IMG/VR virus record: IMGVR_UViG_3300026980_000004
Length of the DNA: 64,000 nucleotides
Strand: one strand, 5' to 3'
From: a virus
Taxonomy: Duplodnaviria > Heunggongvirae > Uroviricota > Caudoviricetes
The position numbers were made by a program, and so were the translations under genes. Within the stretch, counting starts at the first letter, position 1. Each line of letters opens with the position of its first letter. Of the stretch, positions 22,342 to 31,719 are shown one piece after another. The notes below the pieces were generated by a model. That model searched no databases, was not told the DNA's origin, and saw only the letters and a program-made list of their open reading frames with translations.

Positions 22342-22796
22342 AATATTTAAAAATAAATAATCAGGGAGAAATAATATACCCATACAAACTAGATCTGTTA
22401 AAACTTGATTATCCCAATACGTCTTTTCCTGAATATCTAACAACACAAATACTAGAAGACTATTCAGTTTATAGGGTAAATCTTGTAAATATTCCACAAG
22501 ATTATACAAAAGATTATTCAGAGGGAACACCAGAGTTAATTGATGGTCAATACTATCAAAACTGGATAGTAACTGATGCAAGTCCTGAAGAGATACAACA
22601 ACGAATTGAATCTCAATGGTCAACAATTCGATCAATTAGAAATGAATATCTTCAGGAATGTGACTGGACACAACTAGCCGATTCGCCATTAACTGATGAA
22701 GAAAAACAGGAATGGAGTATTTATAGACAAAAATTAAGAGATATTACTTTACAAGAAGACCCTTTTAATATAAATTGGCCAACCAAACCAAATTAA
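22338..22796 (+). CDS. Tail fibre assembly chaperone
   Basis: W..IRSIRNEYLQECDWTQLADSPL...W..YRQKLRDI...WP.KP signature. Confidence 0.85.
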   Translation: MKYLKINNQGEIIYPYKLDLLKLDYPNTSFPEYLTTQILEDYSVYRVNLVNIPQDYTKDYSEGTPELIDGQYYQNWIVTDASPEEIQQRIESQWSTIRSIRNEYLQECDWTQLADSPLTDEEKQEWSIYRQKLRDITLQEDPFNINWPTKPN

Positions 22797-22851
22797 CAAA
22801 TGAAAAATATAACACCCATCACAATATTGTTAGATGATATAATAGAATAAA

Positions 22852-25800
22852 ATGGCAAAAAGAAGACAAATATTTAATTTATCACAGTTACCTGATGGTG
22901 TTTCTGGTGGGGTTGATAATTTTATTAGTTTATTAGATACACCCTCTAGTTATACAGGACAAGCTGGTAAATCATTAAGAGTTAATCTTGCTGAAAATGC
23001 ATTGGAATATTATACACCTAGTGAAGTTGGTAGTAATATCGCTTTTTTGGATTTAACAGATACGCCCCCAACATTCACTTCTAATGCACTGTTAAGGGTT
23101 AATAGTGGTGGAACTGCAATTGAATATGATACGACTTCTTATACGCCAACAACAAGATCTATATTATCTGGTACAGGATTAACTGGTGGTGGTAATTTAA
23201 CGGCAAACAGAACATTAAGCTTAACAGGTCAAGCATTGGCACTACATAATTTAGCAACTAATGGATTTATTGTTAGAACTGGTACAGGAACTGTTACTGC
23301 AAGAACGTTAACTTCAGGTACTGGAATAACCGTAACAAATGGTGATGGAGTTTCTGGTAATCCTGTTATTACAATAAATGCAAGTTTATCTAATCTATCC
23401 GATGTTGTTTTAACATCCCCCACATCTAATCAAACTATTTTTTATAATGGTACTAATTGGGTTAATGGTACATACACAACGGGTACTGTAACAAGTATCA
23501 CAACTGATACTGGATTAACAGGTGGTACAATAACATCTAGTGGTAGTATTGGTTTTGATATATCTTGGGGTGATTCTCGTTATGTAAACAATAGAGAGGT
23601 ATTAAATACGAGTTCAGAATGGTCACATGTTACATTGGTTGATGGTGTTGATTTAACATCTTATACTACAGGTTCTAGTGGATTTCCATCTACATTAGGT
23701 TTTGCCGTTGCTTTTTATGCAAATACATCCGATAGTACATCTGGTTATGGTAGAGCATTTGCAATAAACAGAGCATATAATACAGAAAGTTATTATTTAG
23801 GGTCTCCAAACATATCAGGTGTACATAATGGATGGAAATTAATATATCATTCTGGTAATTTAACAATATCTACATTAGGTGGTGTTCCTGAATCAAGAAC
23901 ATTTACAATAAATGGTACAACATTTGACTTATCAGCAAATAGAACATATAATGTTGGTACTGTTACAAGTATTGTTGCAGGTAGTGGCTTAACTGGTGGT
24001 ACTATAACGACTTCTGGAACAATAGCATTAACAGGACAAGCACTTGAACTACATAATTTAGCCACAAATGGATTTATTTATCGAAATGGTACTACTATTG
24101 GTAGTAGAACAATAATTGGTGGCAGTTTTATAACAGTAACAAATGGCAGCGGTGCGTCTGGGAATCCAACAATATCGTTAAGTACGTTTAATTTAGGTGA
24201 CGTTTCTAATGTAGTATTAACATCTCCAGCGAGTGGACAAGTATTAACATATAATGGGACTAATTGGGTTAATGGGACTATTACTGGCGGTGGTGGTGGT
24301 ACTGTTACTGAAGTAAATACAGGTGTTGGTTTAACTGGTGGTCCTATTACAACAACTGGAACAATATCAGTTGTATTTGGTACAAGTTCGGATACGGTAG
24401 CCGAGGGTAACGACAGTAGAATAATTAATGGACAAACGGCATTTGGATGGGGTGATCATTCACTTGTTGGATATTTATTATCTTCTACTGCGGCAGCAAC
24501 ATATGTACCACAAACCAGAACAATAACAATAAACGGTACCACATTAAACTTATCTGCAAATAGAACATGGAATGTTGGTACTGTAACTTCTGTTGCAACT
24601 GGAACTGGTTTGATTGGTGGTAGTATAACAACATCTGGTACAATATCGCTAACAGGACAAGCACTAGCACTACATAATTTAGCAACAAATGGTTTTATTG
24701 TTAGAACTGGGTCAGGAACTGTTGCAGCAAGAACAATAACTGCAGGTACTGGGATTTCAATTTCTAATGGTACTGGGGTATCTGGTAATCCTGTTATATC
24801 ATCTACAATTACACAATATACAGATTCAGATGCAAGAAATGCGATATCATTAACAACTAATGGTAACTCAGGCTCATCAACATACAATACAAGTACTGGT
24901 ATCTTAAATATACCAACATATACTTTAACTGGTTTGGGTGGTCAACCACTTAGTAATAACCTAACATCACTTGCAGATTTAACATATGTATCTAATTCAT
25001 TTGTTAAAATGACTGCTAATGGCACATTTACATTAGATACGAATACATATTATTTATCTAGTAACCCAAATGGGTATACATCAAATACGGGAACCGTAAC
25101 ATCGGTCTCATTATCAGTACCAACTGGTTTATCTGTTAGTGGCTCACCTGTTACTTCTTCAGGAACTATAACAATTGGATTACAATCAGGGTATTCAATA
25201 CCAACAACAGCAAGCCAATCTAACTGGAATACCGCATATAATGATAAAATAAATTCAGCTAGTTTTAATACTGGAAATGGTATTTTAACTTTAACACAAC
25301 AAGACACAAGTACTATTACTGTTGATTTAGATGGTAGATTTTTAACATCATTATCACACAATCATGGTATTGCGAATTCGGCAGGTACTCAACAATTCAC
25401 ATTTGGGGTAAATGAGAATGTTAGATTTGCAGGTTCTGGTGCAACATCCGTTTCATTTAATGGTACAACTAAAACTGTTACAATTTCATCAACAGATACA
25501 AATACTACTTATTCTGCTGGAACTGGTTTATCTTTAGCTAGTGGTGTATTTTCATTTGATACAACATTTGGTGATGCTAGATATACTAATATCACTGGTG
25601 ATACCATGACGGGTGATTTAATTATTGTCCCGAATGCAATTGGTTCTGGTTCTGGAACTAATGTAGCGAATGCCACATCAATATATCGTGTTTCGGGTGG
25701 ATCTGTTATTACAATGACAAGTACTACAACAGGCTCATTTGCAACCATTATTAGGTCATATGGTGGAGGTACAAATAATTTATATCAATTAGAATTAAAT

Positions 25801-26559
25801 GCTGGTGGAATAAATACAAATGGGAATATTCATTTTAATGATAATGCATTAATTTCTAATGATAATAATGGTAGTTCTAGTAATATTGACCATATTTGGC
25901 ATAATGATAGTCCATATAATGGTTTTGGTGGTGTTTGGCATTTTGTTAGTGATTCAACCTATAAAGCATCAGGAAATAGTGCAATAAATGCGGGAGGTAT
26001 TTTTGAAAATAATGTAAGAGTTGTTAATCAAAATAGAACAATATCAACAGGAACTGGATTAACAGGAGGTGGTAATTTATCTACTGATAGAATAATATCT
26101 TTCGACACCGCTTGGGGTGATGCAAGATATTTACAAACGCAAACAGAAGGAACATTTACACCAGTATTAAAAGGTACAATCTCAAACCCTACATATACAC
26201 CAAGTACACCAGTTGGAAGATGGACAAGGTTCGGTAATTTAATTAGAATTTTTGTTAGAATTGGATGGAATAGTTATAGTGGTGGTTCTGGTAGTCTATA
26301 TATTGAATTACCGTCATTACCAGCTGGTGAGGATTATGATTATGATTTTCATGGTAGTTTAACATTTCAGGGTATTACATGGAGTACAACACCAGCAAAT
26401 GTCGTTGTAGATGGTTTTAGTGGACAATTAAGTGGGGCATTGATAAGGGCTTCGTTAAATAACACCCCAAGTAGACCAGTAGCTACAACAGGTTCGTTAA
26501 GTTCTAGCGGTGTTATTGAATTTCAAATTTTTACAAGAATTGTAAGTGCCCCAGTATGA
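22852..26559 (+). CDS. Second long tail fibre (1235 aa)
   Basis: G/T/S-rich; three LTGQAL.LHNLATNGFI modules; GTVTS..TG.GLTGG.IT.SG repeats. Confidence 0.8.
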   Translation: MAKRRQIFNLSQLPDGVSGGVDNFISLLDTPSSYTGQAGKSLRVNLAENALEYYTPSEVGSNIAFLDLTDTPPTFTSNALLRVNSGGTAIEYDTTSYTPTTRSILSGTGLTGGGNLTANRTLSLTGQALALHNLATNGFIVRTGTGTVTARTLTSGTGITVTNGDGVSGNPVITINASLSNLSDVVLTSPTSNQTIFYNGTNWVNGTYTTGTVTSITTDTGLTGGTITSSGSIGFDISWGDSRYVNNREVLNTSSEWSHVTLVDGVDLTSYTTGSSGFPSTLGFAVAFYANTSDSTSGYGRAFAINRAYNTESYYLGSPNISGVHNGWKLIYHSGNLTISTLGGVPESRTFTINGTTFDLSANRTYNVGTVTSIVAGSGLTGGTITTSGTIALTGQALELHNLATNGFIYRNGTTIGSRTIIGGSFITVTNGSGASGNPTISLSTFNLGDVSNVVLTSPASGQVLTYNGTNWVNGTITGGGGGTVTEVNTGVGLTGGPITTTGTISVVFGTSSDTVAEGNDSRIINGQTAFGWGDHSLVGYLLSSTAAATYVPQTRTITINGTTLNLSANRTWNVGTVTSVATGTGLIGGSITTSGTISLTGQALALHNLATNGFIVRTGSGTVAARTITAGTGISISNGTGVSGNPVISSTITQYTDSDARNAISLTTNGNSGSSTYNTSTGILNIPTYTLTGLGGQPLSNNLTSLADLTYVSNSFVKMTANGTFTLDTNTYYLSSNPNGYTSNTGTVTSVSLSVPTGLSVSGSPVTSSGTITIGLQSGYSIPTTASQSNWNTAYNDKINSASFNTGNGILTLTQQDTSTITVDLDGRFLTSLSHNHGIANSAGTQQFTFGVNENVRFAGSGATSVSFNGTTKTVTISSTDTNTTYSAGTGLSLASGVFSFDTTFGDARYTNITGDTMTGDLIIVPNAIGSGSGTNVANATSIYRVSGGSVITMTSTTTGSFATIIRSYGGGTNNLYQLELNAGGINTNGNIHFNDNALISNDNNGSSSNIDHIWHNDSPYNGFGGVWHFVSDSTYKASGNSAINAGGIFENNVRVVNQNRTISTGTGLTGGGNLSTDRIISFDTAWGDARYLQTQTEGTFTPVLKGTISNPTYTPSTPVGRWTRFGNLIRIFVRIGWNSYSGGSGSLYIELPSLPAGEDYDYDFHGSLTFQGITWSTTPANVVVDGFSGQLSGALIRASLNNTPSRPVATTGSLSSSGVIEFQIFTRIVSAPV

Positions 26560-26604
26560 TATAAAAAAAATACTATTTATAATAAATAGAGATAATATTT
26601 AAAA

Positions 26605-26913
26605 ATGAAAACAATCCAACCTATTCAAATTTGGAAAAATGGAGCTTCATTTGAAGCTTCCGTTTTAGATGCCAGAATTATTAATGATGATTTAAAATCA
26701 TCATGTACATTTTACTATTACTTAAAAAAGGCAGATACTGTAATACCTTCTGAAGTTGAAGGGGAACCAGATAAAGTTATTAATGGGGAAATTTTAGTAG
26801 ATGGTAATGTTATAATATCTGGTGAAGATTATATTAATTGGGATGGTAGTAATGATTTTGCCTTTGAATATATTGCAAATGATTTAAACCTCGTACTTGT
26901 AATTGAAGATTAG
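26605..26913 (+). CDS. Small fibre-associated protein/chaperone
   Basis: 102 aa directly after the fibre; LVDGNVIISGEDYINWDGSN motif; upstream CTATTTATA. Confidence 0.5.
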   Translation: MKTIQPIQIWKNGASFEASVLDARIINDDLKSSCTFYYYLKKADTVIPSEVEGEPDKVINGEILVDGNVIISGEDYINWDGSNDFAFEYIANDLNLVLVIED

Positions 26914-27012
26914 ATAGTACCATAAAAAATATTTATACATTATTATTCTTTTAACAAACATTTAATATAAAATATAAAAAAATATAGTATTTATAATTAA
27001 ATAACAAAAATC

Positions 27013-27147
27013 ATGAACGAGCAAAATATAACAATCGAAATCACTGCAGAAGTAAAAGTAAATGGTGTTGTAATGCCAGATGCACAGGTAGAAGTTAGTA
27101 AAGTTGTAATAGGTGAAATTGTATTACCAAATATAAATGTTTCTTAA
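27013..27147 (+). CDS. 44-aa beta-strand microprotein (not in ORF track)
   Basis: MNEQNITIEITAEVKVNGVVMPDAQVEVSKVVIGEIVLPNINVS; upstream GTATTTATA motif; paralog follows. Confidence 0.65.
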   Translation: MNEQNITIEITAEVKVNGVVMPDAQVEVSKVVIGEIVLPNINVS

Positions 27148-27157
27148 TTAGGTAAGC

Positions 27158-27325
27158 ATGAGAAAAGAGGTAATAAAAATTAATATAATATCCGAAGTAA
27201 AAGTAAATGGTATATTAATACCTCAATCTAATATAGAAGTAAAAAAAATATCTATAGATGAAATTATATTACCTAATAAATGTATATTTAAAAATTTCTT
27301 TACTTGGCTATGCAACTTACTATAA
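27158..27325 (+). CDS. 55-aa microprotein, paralog of 27013..27147 (not in ORF track)
   Basis: VIKINIISEVKVNGILIPQSNIEVKKISIDEIILPN aligns without gaps to the previous ORF. Confidence 0.65.
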   Translation: MRKEVIKINIISEVKVNGILIPQSNIEVKKISIDEIILPNKCIFKNFFTWLCNLL

Positions 27326-29001
27326 AATTAAATGTTAAATGGTTTGGTGATCAGGTTATCGTAACACAACCAGAATTAGAAAATTCGGAAAATAATATAA
27401 ATACAAAACCAATAATTGATACTGAAAAACAAATTAATGAAATTATTAATTTTACCGAAGAATTTTATAGGTTAGTGAATGATTTATCAGTAGATGAAAT
27501 ACATTTACCAGAGAATAAAATATACAGAATAGATGATATAAAAACAATTGATTTATCAAGAAAATTAACAATAAAAAGCAGTAATAAAAGGGCAACATTA
27601 TTAGTTGGAAAAGAAAACTATAGATCTGATATTGATGAAAAACAAAATGGTTTTTTATTTAAATTATTAGACGGTGCAGATCTTACAATTAATAATATAA
27701 ATATATGTTTACCTCCACAAATTAAAACAACAAATACATATAATCCAAGAATTGCAGTTTCAGAAAAAGATGAAAATTCGAAATGGAGATTGGTAATAAC
27801 AAATTGTGATACAACATATCTTGGCAAAAATGGTGGGTTTGGTATTGGTGTTTTATGGGGTTCTAATAGAGGTAATTATGTAAGGGTTGAAAATTTTATA
27901 CATGCGGGTCCTTTTTTAATCGATGCAAAAAATAGCATTCAAAACGGTAAATTACAGTTAGTATTTGATAATGTTAAAACTGATTTAACTAATGAAAATG
28001 AATGGAATCCATATATATATGAATCAAGGGTTAGATTAACCAATGATAAAAGTGGGTTTGATAAAGAAATAATAAATGGTAATTATCCTGAGTATGTTTT
28101 TGAATTAGATAAAGATATAACACCAAATGGTTTTTATCCGTTCACATTATTATCATTATATAATAGAGGATGGGATAATCGATTTTTTGCGGTTACAATC
28201 GACAAATTCTTTTTCTTATTATACCCTTCAAGATTTTTTGAAAGAATTTATGATGTGGCACATAATAATAATACCGAATGGAATGTAAACGATTATAATA
28301 CAAAAACGGTAAGTAATGATTATATAAAAGCGATGTTTGGTACAATACCGAGAGTAGGACAAAAATATAAAATAGTTAATCATTATAGAATATCTACAAA
28401 CCCAATAAAAAAAATTGATATATCAAAAAATGTAATAAGAACTGTTGGTAATCCTGCATTTGGTGATATGACAGATATTATAGAATGGCAGGTTGGGGAT
28501 CAATTTAAAATTAATCAGGAAATATATACTGTTATAGGTAAACAAAAACCAGGATGGTGGGAAATGGTTGAAGAATTTAGAAATACTAGTGAATTAATTG
28601 GTAAAAGACACGCAGCACAGATGCCATTTAGTTCAATTATATTAGACAAAGATTTACCAGAGGGTAATATACATGATGTTGAGGTTGTTAAATCTAATAG
28701 TGAATATTTATTAGATGGTGAATTTAGAGATTGTTATTATATATATAAATCTAATGCTAATTGGAGAATTAACGATAATGAATTTGACGTATTTCATGGA
28801 AATCCATATGGACATTTGAGTTATAATCATAAAGAATTAGATATTTGGTTTAAAGATTTTGAACATAATGGATATTATAGACAATCAAGTGGTGGTGATT
28901 TGAATCAATCTGTAAGCTATAATATTATTAATTTTACTGGATTTACTGGACAATGGAACCCACCAGTAGAAATTACAACAGATAAAGAAAAACCATTATA
29001 A
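27310..29001 (+). CDS. Putative receptor-binding/depolymerase-like protein A
   Basis: Starts MQLTIKLNVKWFGD, identical to the next gene; beta-rich; shared C-terminal motifs with 29013..30590. Confidence 0.45.
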   Translation: MQLTIKLNVKWFGDQVIVTQPELENSENNINTKPIIDTEKQINEIINFTEEFYRLVNDLSVDEIHLPENKIYRIDDIKTIDLSRKLTIKSSNKRATLLVGKENYRSDIDEKQNGFLFKLLDGADLTINNINICLPPQIKTTNTYNPRIAVSEKDENSKWRLVITNCDTTYLGKNGGFGIGVLWGSNRGNYVRVENFIHAGPFLIDAKNSIQNGKLQLVFDNVKTDLTNENEWNPYIYESRVRLTNDKSGFDKEIINGNYPEYVFELDKDITPNGFYPFTLLSLYNRGWDNRFFAVTIDKFFFLLYPSRFFERIYDVAHNNNTEWNVNDYNTKTVSNDYIKAMFGTIPRVGQKYKIVNHYRISTNPIKKIDISKNVIRTVGNPAFGDMTDIIEWQVGDQFKINQEIYTVIGKQKPGWWEMVEEFRNTSELIGKRHAAQMPFSSIILDKDLPEGNIHDVEVVKSNSEYLLDGEFRDCYYIYKSNANWRINDNEFDVFHGNPYGHLSYNHKELDIWFKDFEHNGYYRQSSGGDLNQSVSYNIINFTGFTGQWNPPVEITTDKEKPL

Positions 29002-29012
29002 AATAATAAATT

Positions 29013-30590
29013 ATGCAACTTACTATAAAATTAAATGTAAAATGGTTTGGTGATGAGGTTACTGTAACACCAGTGATACCAAATCCAACAATACCACAAC
29101 CAGAACCCGATCCAATTCCAGTTGAACCAACAACACCAGAAGAGGTACTACCTGATAATTATATAACATTAGAAGAATTATCTAATGATGTAAATGAAGC
29201 ATGGAGAATTGCGTTACAGCAAACAAATAAAATATTAAAGTTAAAAGATAATAAAATATATAGAATTACCGAACATACAACGGTAGAACCTAAATTAAAA
29301 GCAATTATAGGTAATTTAGATAAACAAAAAAGACCCACACTGGAAATTGGTAGATGGGATAAACCATTTACATCTAGATTATTTTTATTCGAATCGGAGT
29401 TTTGTGAATTTGCGATTGTTGGTGTAAACATGGTACAACCAATGGGGCAGTTATTTAAAACTGCAATTCAAATGAAAACAATATTTAATACAAAACCAAA
29501 CACTGTTAAATCTGGAAATTTTGCATTAATTGGCAGTGAACCATCTAATAAAAATCAATTATCATGGGCACTGGCTGGATTTGTTTATTCACCCAATGAT
29601 AATGATGGTTATATCAATGTTATTGCAAAAGATGTTGTACATAATGGACCAGTTTTCCAACAATTAAAGTGTAACACAAATAACAGATTGAGAAGTATTT
29701 GGGATAATGTTACAATACATAATCCAAGAGATTCCTATTTTAATGGTAATGTTGAATATTTTTTACCGACACATTATTATAATCCAACTAAATTTATAAA
29801 TAAGTCATTTGTATCACACGGAAAGATAGTATCTTTAGGTGAACCATTTGATTTGGTTAAAACACATCACGGATATGAGGCTATTGGTGTTAGAACAATA
29901 TTACAAGTTGATAGATTCGTATTTAACGTATATGATGATTCTATTAGTGATGATGGGATGACATTTAATTTTAATAGAGTTAATGTGGGTGATAATTATG
30001 AATATGACACCAATACTAATTATGGACCAAGAGGAAGAACAATCGTATCAAATGCTGAATTACAAGCTGGTGATGAAATTAATTTTGGAACAGTAGATGA
30101 ACCACTTAAAAGGACTGTTGTTGAGAAACAAATACAAAACGGTGCAACAAATGGTAAATGGTTTAGATGGAGTTATGTTCTAGATTCAGATATTTCTGAA
30201 AATTTAAAAAATGGTACATTTACAGTACTGAAATCAACATTTAATATTACGGGCGAACATGATGTGTTAATCGCATATAAATATAATGCAATGTTTAGTA
30301 GTCCATTTTTAACGGAAAAAACAAAATTTAATGATTGGTATATACCACATACTGGTGGTATTGGATGGACAATATATGACCATAGACAAATAAATATCTT
30401 CTGGAAAGATTCAACCATAACTGGTTTTGTAAGAATGTCAAGTAACAATGATTCATTAAAAACAATTGGCTATAATGTTGAAAATGTAAAATTTGAACAA
30501 ACAGAGGGAGAATATAAACAATTAGAACCGTTTTCAGATAAAGTGATATTACCATCAGATGTTGATAATTTTATAAAAAAATATTTTTGA
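29013..30590 (+). CDS. Putative receptor-binding/depolymerase-like protein B
   Basis: Same 14-aa N-terminus, Pro-rich linker, then a diverged body. Confidence 0.45.
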   Translation: MQLTIKLNVKWFGDEVTVTPVIPNPTIPQPEPDPIPVEPTTPEEVLPDNYITLEELSNDVNEAWRIALQQTNKILKLKDNKIYRITEHTTVEPKLKAIIGNLDKQKRPTLEIGRWDKPFTSRLFLFESEFCEFAIVGVNMVQPMGQLFKTAIQMKTIFNTKPNTVKSGNFALIGSEPSNKNQLSWALAGFVYSPNDNDGYINVIAKDVVHNGPVFQQLKCNTNNRLRSIWDNVTIHNPRDSYFNGNVEYFLPTHYYNPTKFINKSFVSHGKIVSLGEPFDLVKTHHGYEAIGVRTILQVDRFVFNVYDDSISDDGMTFNFNRVNVGDNYEYDTNTNYGPRGRTIVSNAELQAGDEINFGTVDEPLKRTVVEKQIQNGATNGKWFRWSYVLDSDISENLKNGTFTVLKSTFNITGEHDVLIAYKYNAMFSSPFLTEKTKFNDWYIPHTGGIGWTIYDHRQINIFWKDSTITGFVRMSSNNDSLKTIGYNVENVKFEQTEGEYKQLEPFSDKVILPSDVDNFIKKYF

Positions 30591-30629
30591 TAGTATTTAT
30601 ATAAAAAAATATAAAATTTTATATAAATC

Positions 30630-30770
30630 ATGAAGGAAAAAACAAAATCGGTTCAGATAAATGAACAAGTACACAATATGGCTAAATTGTATTGTGAAAA
30701 GAAATTTTTAAAATTGGGAAAATTCATTGAAAAACTAATTCTTAAAGAAGTTAAGGATAGTAATGAATAA
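30630..30770 (+). CDS. Ribbon-helix-helix-like small DNA-binding protein (not in ORF track)
   Basis: MKEKTKSVQINEQVHNMAKLYCEKKFLKLGKFIEKLILKEVKDSNE: strand-helix-helix pattern; overlaps the start of the next gene. Confidence 0.55.
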   Translation: MKEKTKSVQINEQVHNMAKLYCEKKFLKLGKFIEKLILKEVKDSNE

Positions 30771-31365
30771 AAAATATTATCTATCGTTGGACATATCAAC
30801 AACAAATGTTGGTATGTCTATTTTTGATGACAAGGGTAAATTAATCGGGCTAAAGCATTTAAAATTAACAACAGATAAAAAGGTACCAGAATATCAGAGA
30901 TATATTGCAAAGTCTATATTATTTAAAGAATATATAACAAATGTTAAGGATTATATCGAGAAAGATTTTAATGGTGATATTTCTGGAATTTTTGTTGAAG
31001 AGCCATTAATTATGTCAAATAATTCATTTACTTCGGCATTACTACAAAAATTTAATGGTATTTGTTGTTATATAATATACGATATTTTTGATATAATACC
31101 AGAATTAATCACAGTACATGATTCAAGAAAAGTATTTTGTCCTGAATTTGTTACAACAAAATATAGAAAAGGTGAGAGAGTTGATGTATTATCATTTCCA
31201 AAAGGAATTGATAAAAAGGTATATATATGGGAAAAGGTAAATAAAATTGAAAAGAATATCGAATGGTTATATAATAAAAAGGGTGATTTAGCAAAGGAAT
31301 CATATGATTTGAGTGATAGCTATTGTGTTGGATATTCAATGCTAAAGATTAAAGGAATTATATAA
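30763..31365 (+). CDS. RuvC-like Holliday junction resolvase
   Basis: LSLDISTTNVG, IFVEEPL and DLSDSYCVG acidic RNase H-fold motifs. Confidence 0.75.
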   Translation: MNKKYYLSLDISTTNVGMSIFDDKGKLIGLKHLKLTTDKKVPEYQRYIAKSILFKEYITNVKDYIEKDFNGDISGIFVEEPLIMSNNSFTSALLQKFNGICCYIIYDIFDIIPELITVHDSRKVFCPEFVTTKYRKGERVDVLSFPKGIDKKVYIWEKVNKIEKNIEWLYNKKGDLAKESYDLSDSYCVGYSMLKIKGII

Positions 31366-31369
31366 TGAA

Positions 31370-31666
31370 ATGTTTGTCTATTTGATTAGATTATCCGATA
31401 ATTCAAATTATAAAATTGGCGTTACAAAAGACATACAAAAAAGAATTAAACAACTACAAACTGGTAATGCGGAAGAAATATATTTAATTGATAAATATGA
31501 ATCTAAAAATGCATATAAAATTGAAAAAGCATTACATAATTTTTTCTCATACAATAATAAGTTAAATGAGTGGTTTGAATTATCTATACAAGACGAAATA
31601 AAATTTAAAGAACTTTGTATTAAAATTGATAATAATTTAAAATATTTAGAAGAAAATAAAATATAA
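31370..31666 (+). CDS. T5orf172/GIY-YIG-like domain protein
   Basis: VYLI...YKIGVTKDIQKRIKQLQTGN...EKALH...EWF. Confidence 0.8.
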   Translation: MFVYLIRLSDNSNYKIGVTKDIQKRIKQLQTGNAEEIYLIDKYESKNAYKIEKALHNFFSYNNKLNEWFELSIQDEIKFKELCIKIDNNLKYLEENKI

Positions 31667-31719
31667 ATTTGGATACATAATAAATATTAATTACTATTGC
31701 ATTGTTAAATAAAATATAA

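Noticed and set aside
16003-25748. Long antisense ORFs within fibre genes (e.g. 16333..17181, 24456..24887)
   Set aside because: Shadow frames caused by the Thr/Gly/Ser codon bias of the + strand genes; V/P-rich translations with no leaders
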